Positions 38,807-52,536 of a stretch of DNA of 64,000 nucleotides are shown here, in pieces; the stretch's first letter is position 1, and each line of letters opens with the position of its first letter. The DNA comes from Rhynchobatus australiae (lineage: Eukaryota): positions 114,743,110 to 114,807,109 of the forward strand of contig JAUZTB010000064.1 in the NCBI GenBank assembly GCA_034780895.1, written 5' to 3'. A program made the translations under genes and the position numbers. The notes beneath the pieces were generated by a model that ran no database searches, was not told the DNA's origin, and worked only from the letters and a program-made list of their open reading frames with translations.

Positions 38807-41800
38807 ATATACATACCTCATTAAGCATATCCGAAGAGGTCCTGAGCCAATCCTGTACCATTGGACCAATCTAGGGTTCAGAACAGACCTGATGAGAAAG
38901 GGTGTGCTCCATTTCTGTGGTGCCTTGCCTGAATTTCTGTGCCATGTTTTGAAGTTATTTTGGTGTTCAAGGCAAGGGATGCACATGTGCTCATAGATGC
39001 ATTCTTTGAATCATGTTAGTGACCCCACATATGTAACTTGGGATGGCACAGTGACTTGGAATTTAGCATCTTAGCCCCACTCTCCCTCACTTCCAGTACC
39101 AGAATATGACCATATAGAGCTACCAGTGTTGCTGTGGTTCTTGTTTTCAACCCAGTGAAAGTGTAGGATGATTTTGGTAATGTTGGACAATTTGTAAAAA
39201 GGTTGAGAAGTAATAATTAAATGAGACATTTTCCAACTTGTCAGCTGTTTTTGTTTACAGGGCCAGATTTTCTTTCTAGCAGAAGTTAGTCATTAGGATA
39301 TTAACTGGTTTGGCATGTAGACCAGTCATCAGAAAATGCCAGAAACTGTAAATATTTTGAGGATTTGTCATTTGCTGTNNNNNNNNNNNNNNNNNNNNNN
39401 NNNNNNNNNNNNNNNNNNNNNNNNNNNNNNNNNNNNNCAACAGTCCCACTCAGTGGCTCCCTTTGAGGAGTTTAACATGTAGATGTTAGGGTAGGGTTCA
39501 ACTCTTCATTGTGAACTAGGATGATGTCACTTGCTTTCTGGACGAAGAATTGTAAATGGAGTGAAGTAGGGAAGTTTAGCTCTGTTTATTTGTCCTCCCA
39601 ACCAAAGACAGCATACAATGTGTTTTAAAAAGGAAGTCCAGATAATAGTAATTATTTTGCATCTTAAAAGATATATTTTGATGTTAAAGTTTGATGGTAA
39701 TGCTGTCCTTGTTACACTGTAGGTAAGTTGGAGATATACACTGTTCACCAGCAGAGGGAGTTACACACATGTTTCTTGGAATAAGGAAATCAAAAAAAAG
39801 ATTGGTATAAGAAGTGTAGTAAATGCATAAGTCTCTGTTTCTGAACTATCACAGTACTCCCCACCATCCCCAACCTACCCACTGCCAGAACTTGCTTGGC
39901 AGCTACATCTTTGGGTATCACCAGTGCATGAGGCCCTATGCCAAGGTAGCAGGCAGATACAATTCTGCAAATGGATGCAATGCAGTTGATTCACATACCT
40001 CGATCTTTCTACACCAAGGTGTTCAACAAAGTCAGTTGTACTATATTCCAGGTGTTCTTACAAGCAGTGATATCATGTTCTCTCACAGCCAGGACTGATC
40101 AACAGTTCATAAAGAAATGAAGAACCTTCAAGCTGTCCCCCCCCCACCTTCCTGCCTACACTGGGAGAGCATTGTGTTTTATACTTCCTTAAAATGACAC
40201 TTACCCTGGGCACTACAGTTTAGGTGCAGCTTCTAACTCAATACAACTCAAATGCCATGCACAATCCACAAATACCTACCACAACTCCTCATCTCCTCAA
40301 GCTTCACCTCTCCCAATACTATTTTCCATAATTGACTGTTTTATGCATACACATACAACCTTCCAACCTTGTGAAGTCTTGGATTGGAACAGAATAATTG
40401 TTTACTTTGTAGTATGCTGGATATCAACTTGCTATGTATGAAAGTTGTAGTGAGTAGACCACCGTTCAGAAGGTTTGGACTTTTTTACCCAGATGAGGAA
40501 TCCTGGCAAAATCAGCTTCAAACCTTCTGGAAGGAGATGTAGAAGAAGGTAAGGCTGAGGTGCTGCCACTGCATTTGCTTAATCAATAAAGAGATTCATC
40601 AGAATCTGTACTCTCATGTCCCTTGTAGCAAAGAGTGAGAGTATTTGCTGATCTGCGTGCGAAATAAGCTTGACAGTTAGAGGCTGATTAGTGGTGCTTT
40701 CACTGCCTGGTGTGAAGTACCGAGGGAGCATATGGCTTGGGGATTTCAGGGATGTTGCTGACTCCCTGCTTAAAGTGAAGCTACAGTGAGGGATTTCAGT
40801 CGCTGGATGAAAGAGAGCATCTGTCACTTGCAAGATATATACACTTGTTAATATTATAGTGATCTACATTTAGCAGCCTGGAAAAAAAACAGAGTCAGAA
40901 AGCTTGTCAGCTTTAATGGCCAAGGGGGTGGAGTGAATCTGCAGACTGCTGTATTGAAGTTGGCAAATATGTCCTTTAGTATTCTTGAACAAGTGCAGCC
41001 ATTGGATGCACAACTCAAAGAGGTCCTTGTAGGATCTGTATAACCTGAACACAGAAGGAGCTATCCTTGGCTAAGTTGCCTGATTCTACCAGCAATATTG
41101 TGCTGATGTAACTTGTCCACAGCCCTTAGGATCCTAGAAGGTAAAGGAAGTGAGAAGGGCTGAATTCATCAGGTAAGTATTTATTGCCAGAATAGCAGTG
41201 TTTCCCTCAGACCTGTCAAGATTATTATCATACATCTGGAACCTTGTGATCAGCCAGCCGCCCCAAAATGTGTGATTAGTCCCCTAAACCTACAAGTCTG
41301 AATTTCTTCAACCTCCTCCCCTCCCACAGGAATTTCAGAATACCTCACCTCCCCTCTTGCTAATGGACTTGCTTGGCATCCACCTATCCACTCTCCTGCT
41401 GCTTTTGAGCTCGATTCACAGACAGTCAAACAATTTGGATATTGTATGGGAAATCTGTTNNNNNNNNNNNNNNNNNNNNNNNNNNNNNNNNNGGATGCAA
41501 TGTGTGTTTCCAGCCATAAATTCTCCTCCTACCACTCGCTGACTTCCTGGCTTTGAATAAATATATGGACCAATGTATTTTAGCAGAGGAGGACAAGAAG
41601 TAAATGGTAGGATGCCAGTTGTGGAGAACCAGGATGAGCTGTGTCATGGTAAATGTTATGCAGTTCATGGTTGTTTCAGAGTAATAACATGTCCACCAAG
41701 CCACTTTGGCCCAAATATTCACTTGGATCCAAAAAAGATGGTGAACTGTCGAGGAAAAACTGAACTGATGCTGTGGTTTTGAATATGTTGAATAAAATTC

Positions 41801-42264
41801 AGTCATAATTTTTTTGGTAATGGCTGATTTTCCGGGTGTTTGTCAAAACTGCAACTTGGCTTAACAGAAGACCAATGTATTGCTCTGGAGGCCTGGAAAG
41901 TTTATTTGTTTATTTGAGATGGTTAAAGAAACAGCTGCCCTGTGTACAGCAAATATTTCAGCTTTCAACCGTCTTGGTTGAGAAGCTAAACGATTGTTAC
42001 CAATCAGATGGGCAGCAATACTTTAAAATGCCACATCTTCAAATAATACCAGATCCAAAAGATTAGTGTACAGCTGCTAAGTTCTCGGGTTAATGGGTTT
42101 GCGGAGTTATTGAAAATGACGTTAACTGAAGGACTGCGCTGCTGGAAAAGGTCATCAAATGAAACTGTGACTCAGAGTGCTAATGTAGTTTTGCACTTCT
42201 CTTTGCATTCTTGGGCACAGATTTGGAGATATATTTGAAGTCTCTTTCCTTTTCTGTTGACTCT

Positions 42265-42610
42265 GTGGCTTCACTAATAGCACTCTTGCCTCAGAGTCAG
42301 GAAGTTGTATGTTCAGACTCACACACCAGTGCAGTACTAAGGAAGTATCATCTTTTGGATGAGGCAGTAAACTATGGTCTATTTGCTTTCTTAAGTGAAC
42401 TTGAAAAATCTGATAGCATTCCTAAGAAAAGCAGTGCCCTCATCACCCAGGTCAATACTTATTCTTCACCGAACAGCACTAAAGGTAATTATCTGGTCTT
42501 CATCACATTGCAGTTTGTAGATGCTGCGGCACTCCCAGTATTACAGTAATGACTACCCTTTGATTCTGAAGCACATTGGGATATGACATATGCCACATAA
42601 ATGGAAGTAC
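42265..42610 (+). mobile_element. SacSINE1/AmnSINE1-like DeuSINE
   Basis: Collinear blocks gcactcttgcctcagagtcag, cagtgcagtactaagga, tcttttggatgag...taaac, caatacttattcttcacc..cagcactaaa, attatctggtcttcatcacattgc and gaagcacattgggat match the Deu-domain consensus as I recall it. Confidence 0.75.
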
Positions 42611-45600
42611 CCATTTGATTTGTGAATGGTACCAACTTGCTTCCTTGTGAAGTTATAAAGCTGCTCCTTGTTTGGAATTCTGTGTGGCGGTGTCATGGTT
42701 ACACTTTGTAGAATGCGACAACTTTAAGAAAGTTGAAGAGGTTTCGGTTGTCTGTACTATACTGTACAAAAATGGGAATATATGGAAAAATGTCATGGAT
42801 GCAGACAAAAAATTACTGAGGAAAATTCTCCTGTAGTTGGATGAATCATGTGGCAGTATATTCTGACAATATGATTTTGGTGTTAAGCTTGTAAGGCATA
42901 ATAATTTCTTAAACGTGCCTAATGTAAGTAAGTTGTAGGTAATAAAATAAAATTAGTTGTGAAATATTAAGAACAAGAAAATGCTATTCTTAAAGCATTT
43001 GTTGCATTTAAATAATGGCTTGTAAAATATTTTCTTTGAATTGCGTTTTATGACTTTTCCTGAAAGTAACATTTACATCCTGGTGCACAGATGTATTTTC
43101 AGGGTAATTGAGTGAGATTTATGATTACCCTTTGCTCTTAGCTGTCTGCAAAAAAAAAGAGCCTGCTATTAACATTGTAATTAGAATAATAAAAGAACTA
43201 AGGAGGGGTAAAGCACAATAGTTTAAAGATTGGCTATAAGAATGTATGTAATGATAATGAAACCTTAAAAAGATTTCAGTCTCCAGATTTTCCTTTTCAA
43301 ACTTACTTGGGCTCTTGAATCTTGGGAGATGTCTTATTTAATAAAGCTTATGCAGAGAGTCATACCCAGATGTGTGTATGTATAAAAAAAAGTCTTACTT
43401 CTCAACCAAAGCAAAGTCAGCTGCAGTTCAAGCCAACAATTCCCCTTAGGTTAACAGAGGTATGTACTGTATCCATGATAATAGCAATGATGCAAGCAAA
43501 TGTGCAAAATATTTACTTGGCTAACTCCATATGTAGAGTAATATTAGATATTTGGGATAGTCAGATGAGGGAAGGGGGATGCATGTTTCTGGCAGGAAGT
43601 TCCTCTGGTAGGGTAGCTGGATACTTCATCAGTTTCAATAATGGACTTCTTTTAAATTTTACTGGTCTACTTCTCACCCAAGATGGTTGTGAAGAGAACA
43701 TACCTCCTGTACGTGAAATTTGGAAGTCCCTTGATTGATTGACCTCTATTTTAGAGGCGTAGAGGGGTTAATGGAGTGTCTTGGAGGAGGGAATATCAGC
43801 TTGTGGCAAAGTAGACTGACTTTTGCAGTGAGCTTTGGAGGAGGGGGGGGATCTATAAAGAAAATTTTTACATTTATCTTAAAGGCCCCTTTTGTCTGCA
43901 AACCAGCTGCAGAGCTGCTTTAGCTGAGCAGGAAAGTCACTAGCAGCTTTCCCCCACAGGGCCCCTGTTAAAATGTCATTGGGGTCCAATTGATGCCTTA
44001 GGACCCCAATTAGTATTTATGCATGAGGTTCCTGCTTGATTTCAGCCAAACAAAGTGTACTAAAATCAGAAATTGGCAGGAACTGAAGAGGAAATGGAGC
44101 TGCTCCAGTTTAACTGCCTGCCTGCTCCTTTCCTGAGCAGAGAGAGTAATAATCCACTACCAACCACCCACGATCCACCCAACCCCCTTTTAATGACATT
44201 CCCAGTTAGTTGACTGTTTAAGGATAATGTGGCCTGTTCATGGTAGAAAACAAGGAAGTGACATAAATTTGACATCGAAGGGTTGGCTTGTGTTTCAGTC
44301 TGACATAGCTGTACACTCCAGATAATGAAGGCTAGACTGAAAGAACACAGATGGTCAAAGCNNNNNNNNNNNNNNNNNNNNNNNNNNNNNNNNNNNNNNN
44401 NNNNNCTCACTGCAACTTCTACTGCCGCTCCCCCCTCTGCTTTCCCTACCTCAAGATCTTATAGCAGACTCGATGAATAATAAACTAGTGTTTTGATAGC
44501 TTTGTGATCAGGAAAAGGTGTCAACAAATCACTTTCTGGAAATGAGCCTTGTTCCAGGTCTTTACTCCTAGGAAGCAAAATATTCTTCAATTTCCAGAAC
44601 AAAGGAAAACTTGACTTTTAGCACTTGCAAGAAATATGTGAGTGTACTAGCTACCAGTTATACTTAGATCCTTAAATACAATACCATTGAAGTCAACAGA
44701 ATCAAATTTGGGGAGGGAGGTGCGGCCTGTGGCCAAAACTCACGAATATTTAGAATTGGTGCCAAAACTTAATTTCTTTTCCATTGTTCACTATTCTTAT
44801 TTTTACATGGAAGTGTATACTAAGCTAATGTAATATTATTGTAAATTAGAAAGTTTAAAAAGCACAGAACCCTTTACTTCGGATTATTATTACTGACCAA
44901 ACTGGCAACTGACAAACCTCTGTGATATGTTAAATAAAAGGCACCTTTGTTTGTAAGCAAACCTTCTCTCAATAAAACTGAGAAATCTTGTCAACCTGTA
45001 GACCATGCACAAACTACACTTTGTCCTGCAAACCAGAATACAATTAGTTATTGGAAAAATTCATCAGATACGGTTAACAGTGAATGCTGCGCCTCATTCT
45101 GCATATCACACATGATCAGTATTAGTTTCCATTAAGCGCTGTGAATGAGTGTCACTACTTCTTGGCCAAGTGATATAGCATCAACACAGTTAACATTTCC
45201 ACTGGGATTAATGTCAACAAAGGAAATGGCAATGCCTAAAACAGAATTCTCTCTCACTGGGGACTCACTCTAATGATTTGATGGAGAGTGCATGCTAATC
45301 AGTTGTTATAGTTTCTACATGTTAAGAACAGAAGCTGGGCACATCATCTTCTCTTAATTTGCTAATAACTTTGAGAAAAAATATTCAGAAAAAATTTAAA
45401 ACAAAACTATCTTACCACACTTCAAAGAACCTATTTCAGTAAATAGAACCAAACTCAGGAGGGCAACAACTGTTCATATTGGATGGTTATATTATTTTAA
45501 TCTGTCTCTCAAGCAAAGCATCAAAGTAAAATAAAACAAAGCTTATGAACTTCCAAAATATGTTCCATGTAATTGTACAGTGAGATAGTAGGTACACAAT

Positions 45601-46029
45601 ATCACCTTTTTGCCGTTCTTTGATAGTATCATTAGATACTAAGAATCCTTCAAGTACAGAACATATTAATTCATTTACAAAATTTCAACATTCTTAATGT
45701 GGCTACTATTTTCTGTATTGGAAAATGGGCCAAGATCTGCAGCATAAAATACATTAAAACTTTTCTCAATCTTTCTCATCGCAATGCCTCACCTTGCCTT
45801 TAACAAGCTTCCTTCTGGAGAGTTGCTAATCCATAGGACAAATAAGAAGCCGTTCAAATGTGAAACAATATCACTCGAACTTCAGTCATCAAGTTGCAGT
45901 GTGCAGATGACACTTGGAATCAAAAAGTCATCATCAACGAAGCATACAAGAGATGGGCCTACAATTGTCATTCTCAAAATAATTGTTCTCTACCAACCTG
46001 TCCCTGACAAATAACATTACCCTTTGGTA

Positions 46030-46860
46030 ATATGGGTCCACAATGGGACCTCAGAAAACTTGGACCACTTGCCATATCTTGAGCCAGCCCTTAATGAAGG
46101 ATGACATGAAGGATTAAATTTTCCACTGCCTTCAGTGTACCAGAATAGACTTTGGCTGTTTCAATGTATATTTGACTAATAAAGAGATCTCATCTCAACA
46201 CTGCAATCCAACAGTAAGCTCATGGTTTGCTGATAGGAGTTATCTCTGCCTTCCTGTATGCTTCTGACATATGGAATACCTGTATTATGCACCTCAACAC
46301 ACTGGAGAGAATCCACCAATGCTGTCTCTGCAAAATCAACCAAATCCATTGGGGCAAATGAGTGAATTAAAGTCAGAGTCTTCTACCAGCCCAACACCCA
46401 GCATTAAGACCCTAATTATGGTCGGTCAACTCAATTGGGCAGGCCACATCATTAACATGCATGAAACTAGACCTCTGAACCAGACACTCTATTTTGATCT
46501 TTTTGGGAGAAGAGATTACCAGATGGATAGAGGAAAAGATTCAAGGATGTTCTCAAAGTCTCCTTGAATGAATGTAATATTCCGACTGATTCTTGTGAAT
46601 CCCTGGCCGACGACTGCTCAAAATGGATAAGGAGCATTTGGGATGTCATTGAAAACCTTAGGTTAATTTATTGGGAACGCAGAGAAACCCAGCATAAGCA
46701 GTGAAAGGGGCACTAGTTCCAGACTATGCACTCATCTGTCTCATCAAGCTCCTCCTTTCCCATCTGTGGAAGAGTATGTGGGTCCTCATCAGTCACCTCA
46801 GAACATATACAACTGGAGTGGAAGCAGGTCATTCTTGGCCCTGAGGGACCACCTAAGAAG
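46030..46860 (+). mobile_element. RTE-clade LINE 3' fragment
   Basis: TPSIKTLIMVGQLNWAGHIINMHETRP, KRFKDVLKVSL and the terminal PICGRVCGS finger remnant. Confidence 0.82.
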
Positions 46861-49800
46861 AAGAGAACACCAAAAATAAACATCATGGCAGATAAGATAA
46901 AGCAATTAGTTTATATTTAACAGAAAGGTTGAGTTTTAAAAGGTTGGTTTCTTTTTAATACCATGTCTTCAGATGATGCCTAAAGGCACCACCTTGTGCA
47001 ATGATTAAAGTGACAATCATTTACCACTCGTGGGTAATGTCTTTATATATTATTCTTCTAATTTATCAGCTCTGGTTTCACAGGGTTTTTGGACTATATT
47101 ATAGACGTTTGTGTATGGAAGATTTTGTCTTTGCACTTTGCAATAGCTTCTCTGAGCCTTTTCCCTTTACTCTAACTGATTAAAGCCAGATCACGTGAAT
47201 GAGAAAAGTGATAAATAAATAAATGAGAAAAATGTATTCATTCAGAAAAATGATAAAGAAAGTTAGACATTTTGGAATTATTTATTTATAGAAGTGTGCC
47301 CATCATTCTTCATTTATTTCCTAGGTCAACTGAGAACCTTTAGGGATGGCTAATGAAACAAAACTTACTGCTGTTCTTACTGTTTATTTTTGTTCCACAC
47401 CAGTTCACAGTACATTAATCTTTCAGGTTGATCTTTACATTTGTTTTCTGCTTCTTCAGCCTCCATAGTGCTTCTTTCTTCAAGGTCGGACTTTGCCTGC
47501 CGTGTATTTCATTGTGGCCACCATCAATCCCATTTCCTGGTCCTGGTAGTTTTACTGCCTCCTAAGAATCAAGCTAAATCAAATCACTAATATATTCAAC
47601 TTAACCGCCTTAGTGATAACTTCTGGAAAGGAGAGTAGCTTGACAGCAGAAACCATGGTAGATCTTGAGCTTGGGGGAATGAGTCTAATGTTGTACCTCT
47701 TCAACATGATGAGATTATGTGTTTTTTATATACAATTGACTTCTACTTATTTAAGTAAATACTAACTGCAGTACTGGTAAATGGACACCAAAAGTAATTA
47801 ATCTGAATTCTGGTCACATTTGGAATGCCATTATGCACTGAAAATTACAATATGACATCATTTATAAAAGTACCATGAGTGACTTCATACTTCTGTGTTC
47901 TTTAAGGCCCTGGACCTCCATAACAGTGAATTTCAAGAGTTAATTGTTTCATTATGTTCGATTTTACTGAGCCCTGAAGACAGCTCAGTGGGAGGTGAAT
48001 GTAAACAAACTTTGGCATGTTCCACAGCTCCTGATTGTGCCATTGATAACATTTCAGGAAGCTAAGAGCATTACCTGGCTGTGGTCCCTGATGTATCATT
48101 TATAAACAGAAAATAATATATTCATATATGAAAGAAGAATATCCAGTCAATTCTTTGTTTCCTGTAAATGCATACACTCCTCATGTAATCCAGAGGATGT
48201 TTGAAAAATCAAATGCAAGGAAGACATTTTAAAATGTAAATAAATTATAAAGTAAAAATAATGAAGGGACAAGGGCATGGATCTTTGTTCCAAGGAAAAG
48301 CTGATCCTGTAATGTAGAACTTTGAAAGAGGAAATGTTGGAAAACATAAGGTTTTAAATTGTCATTAAAAACAATAGTTAATTTTCTGTCAGTTGTTTCT
48401 GAGGATTGATTGAATTATTTATGCACATGTCATTTAGTTAATGGATTTGCGTTTGTCTTTCAGTTGGAATACAACAGTTTAATAAAAACTGCAAATTTTA
48501 ACAGAAGATTCCAAAAAGTCAAAAGTATAGTCGGTCTTCCAAGGATTATAGAACAAACAAATCTGGAGCAAAACTGTCAGCACCATTGCAAAAAATTTGT
48601 TGCTTGACATTTTCCTTGAGAATATATCATTGCCAGCAGTTCTTTTGTTCCCCCAATGTTAAACATCTCCAATCAGTTGGTATCCGTCTTCAGTAAACTA
48701 AATCATGAGGAAGCCCACAATTACAGCCTCTGAATGAGATGGGTGCAGTTACTTCCAATTCCAGATAAAGTTAAGGATATTGTCTTCATTTGAAGATTAT
48801 AGATCCTTTCAGAGGTTAACAAGTTCAAATTATTTGCCAAGCCTTGGTGGAAATTGAAATAGACAGTCTCCTGGCATTGTGTTCTTGCTGAAGAATGAAT
48901 GTATTTTCTCTCCATTTAGTTCAATAAGCCTTTGTCTTTTGTTTTGGAATGCAGGAAACTAAATCAGTTTTTATATCATGTCTCCAGTTTCCAGCAATAT
49001 GTTTCGTGTAGCCCAGAACAGGATTTTACTTCCTCTGGACAGGTTTGTAGAATTCTGGAATCTTCATTCTTATTTAGAGAAAATCTCTGTCTCACAGTTC
49101 AGAGGTATAAATAGGAAGTAGGACCAGTGCCCTTGGCGATCTTTATGATCATCAATTCATCTGTTCTTGTTAGAGCATTTCAGTTGAATCTACGCTGCCT
49201 ATAGGGTTCTCACAAACTTTACAATGACCTATCTGCAGTTTCTCTTCAGTTAATGCATTAAAAATGATAGATATATTTCTGTTGGTTGGGGAGCATGTCT
49301 TTGATCAGAAACATTTGACTATCCAACATGTTAATGCTGGTGGAGTTATGCAGCCCCCTGTTTAGGCCCCTACTTGAAGCTAACCATTACTGTGAGCAAC
49401 TAAACTGGAGAGTTCTCAGCAGTGATAAACATAAAGAAAGTCTTGACAGAACAGAAAGGAGAACTTATCTGGAAAAATAATGTAGCCGTCATGAAGAAGA
49501 AATTTCAAGGAGGAAATATGGTGAACAAACCTGGTTTTAAGCAACAATACTGGAAAGAAAAAAAGTGAAATACAAGTGTAACAACAGGATGAAGCCATTA
49601 ATCAAATTCATAAAGATAAAAACAATGAGGATATGAAGGATTTAAAAAATATACTTATTATGTAGTTAATAGTGATTTTTGGCCAAGTGATTGGAATTCC
49701 TATCTACTTCATTTTTAAACCAATTTTACTTTTAGATAGATTAATTGAAGGAATAAAACTTTTTATCATGGAAGGTTTTATGACTTGTATTGCGCAATCA

Positions 49801-51099
49801 CTTATCAAGCTTGTGATTACATTAGAAATCCACAGCTTATATTTCTATCAAATAAAATGCAAGTTTGTGCTGATTTGAATTTTACATTTTGTTACCAAAA
49901 ATAAAATGGCTTATATTGGCCATTCAACAAAGTTGCTTGCTGAATTCCTTTCAGGAGGTTTATTTTTAAATCATGGGTAACCTTGCTTTCTAATGTATTT
50001 CTGACTTCAAGCCTCATTAGTAATCTATGAGTACACATATGGCTAGTGTACATTATTACTGCCTGGTGCATATTTTCTTCTCTGTGGGTCATTTGTCCAT
50101 CTGGCATTGGTATGTGTGAATACAAAAATAAGGCACCTATGGGGAAAATCAGCTTAGACCTGCTCTCTTTTTTACTGAACTGTTTCTCTTTGATTTTGTC
50201 AAGTTTTAACTGTGAATATTAGAATAATTTGTGAGTGACAGGAATGAAAGGCACAAAAGTTTTGTAAATGTGTTCCCTTCTACAGTATCAAGATTAATTT
50301 TTAGCCTGGAGTAATACAATAAAAGATTCTTCTGTAATGTTCCCATGTGAAGTCTGTTTAGGCAGTTTCTCCTTAGCTGTTCATAAAAATATGCTGTAAT
50401 TTTGTACTAATTGGTGCTAAATCTCACTCAGGAGGTTGCAAGGGCAGCTATTGTTGAAAACGGAAGTAGGATTGTGTGTGTTCCAATGGGATTTAAGAGG
50501 AACAGGGTAAAGGGAACCTTGGTTTATGTTTGACCTGTGCTATCTTTGATCCTACTGTGCTTGATCCTGCATGAATACTGACTCATACTAACTGTAATCC
50601 ATTCAATAACTCTGGTGGTCAGATGAATTTTGTCTGAGGAAGGCAAAGACAGTATGTAGTTACACATACAGTTATTTCCATTATACTGTATGCCTCCTCA
50701 GCAGTTCACTGAATTAGGCTAATATGCAGAAATATATTTTATACTCTGTGGAATTGATAATGTTTAGCAAATTAAACATTTTCTCTTAGGAAAAGGGTCC
50801 TTCAGTATGATCTGCTTGCTTCTATTTTCTGTGCCTCGGCTATAAAGACGTGTCCCATTTGCTATCTCATCCAACTGACATACCAGTCCTGCTGCTTCCA
50901 AGGTGCTGTGTGCTTGCAGTTCAAAGCCTTTTTGCTCTACACTTAGAACCATAGAAATATAAAGCACATAAATGGCCCTCTTGGCCTACCTCATTCATAC
51001 TGACCGTGATGCCTGATTTGTCTGCATTAGGCCCATGTTGCTCCATACATTTCCTAAGTACCTGTCCAAATGCCTTTTAAACGCAGGAATTGTTTCTGC

Positions 51100-51830
51100 C
51101 TATGTCTTGGTACATGTAGCTACCAATGACATAGGTAGAAAAGGAGTGGAGGTCCTGAAGGAAGGTTACAAGGAGCTAGGCAGAAGGTTGAGAAGCAGGA
51201 CCTCCAAGGTAGTAACCTCAGGATTACTACCTCTGCAACATGCTAATGGAAGTAAGAATAGAAAGATTTGGCAGATGAATGCGTGGCTAAGTGACTGGTG
51301 CAGGGGGCAGGGCTTCAAATTCTTGGATCATTGGGACCTTTTTTAGGAGAGGTATGACCTATTCACAAAGGATGGGTTACACCTGAACTCCAAGGGGTCC
51401 AATATTCTGGTGGGAATGTTTAATATAGTTGTTGGGGAGTGTTTAAACTAATTTGGCAGGGGGAAGGAAACCAAGATGTTAGGATAGAGGAAGAGGTATA
51501 TAGGAGCAAGTCCAAGACAGTGTGCAGTGAAGATGGAAAGAAGGACAGGCAGGTGAAAAGACAGGATAATTTGCTGAANNNNNNNNNNNNNNNNNNNNNN
51601 NNNNNNNNNNNNNNNNNNNNNNNNNNNNNNNNNNNNNNNNNNNNNNNNNNNNNNNNNNNNNNNNNNNNNNNNNNNNNNATTGATAGGTATCTAATTAGTC
51701 AAGGTATCAAGGGATATGGGGATAAGGCCAGAAATTGGGGCTAGATAGGAATAATATTAGTTTAGCTCATGGAGCAGACTCGATGGGCCGAATGGCCTAC
51801 TTTTGCTCCTTTGTCTTGTGATTTTGTGAT
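51100..51830 (+). mobile_element. CR1 LINE with ORF1 SGNH/GDSL esterase and 3' tail; interior lost in an N gap
   Basis: VLVHVATNDIG...VVTSGLLP...MNAWLSDWCRGQGFKFLDHW...KDGLHLN (block III GxND-like and block V DxxH). A clean CR1 3' end (gatgggccgaatggcctacttttgctcct) follows the gap. It abuts an antisense CR1 tail at 50945-51100. Confidence 0.85.
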
Positions 51831-51887
51831 TTATATTCTTAGCGTCTTACCACTTATTATATGTTCCTTTGCTTTGTCTGCTCTTCC

Positions 51888-52536
51888 AAAAATATAATAT
51901 CACAGTCTTCTAGATTGACTTCCCTTGACCATTGTTCTGCCCATCTGACTGATCAATTGATAAATTTCTGCATTCTAGCTTTCTTCCCTTATATCGAATA
52001 CACCAATTTTTGTATAATCTGCATGCTTTTTAATCTTGACCCCTACTTCTAAACCCAAAGTCCTTAATACATGCAATGAAAAGTGAGAGACCTACAGTAT
52101 ATTGAGCCCTAAAGAATAGTCATTCAGCCACTGAATCACTGGTAACTTATTATTTAGTTCCCCCCACTGAGCCAAATTTGGAATCAACTTGCTACATTCT
52201 CTTGAATCCCACTGGCTTCTATTTTTTCTGATCATTTAATTATTATCTGATCATTTCTTCAAATGCCTGGCCACCTGGCCAAAATCTAGTGGCTGAATGA
52301 CTATTTGGAAAAGGGTTCTTCAGGGCTCAATATAAGTCCCTCACTTTTCATTTTATGTGTTAATGACTTAAGGTTTAGAAGTTGGTGTCAAGATTAAGAA
52401 GCTTGCAGATGATACAAAATTTGGTGTATTTGATATAAGGAAGAAAACTTGAGTGCAGAAATTTATCAATTGACCAGTCAGATGGGCAGAACGGTGGTCA
52501 AGGGAGTCAATCCAGAAAAATGTGATGTTATATTTT
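51888..52536. repeat. Inverted repeat: two ~245-bp arms (51888-52132 and 52288-52536) derived from a decayed CR1 RT segment
   Basis: Arm 2 reverse-complemented aligns along arm 1 (ORF track shows SLDHCSAHLTDQLINFC on + and SLDHRSAHLTGQLINFC on -). Arm 2 encodes KKLADDTK. Confidence 0.9.

Noticed and set aside
38885-38925. CTGATGA followed by a small stem as another hammerhead
   Set aside because: There is no GAAA box after the stem and no pLTR context.
51035-51346. 103-aa ORF as a host esterase/lipase gene
   Set aside because: It is the SGNH domain of CR1 ORF1, with an in-frame stop and a CR1 tail downstream.
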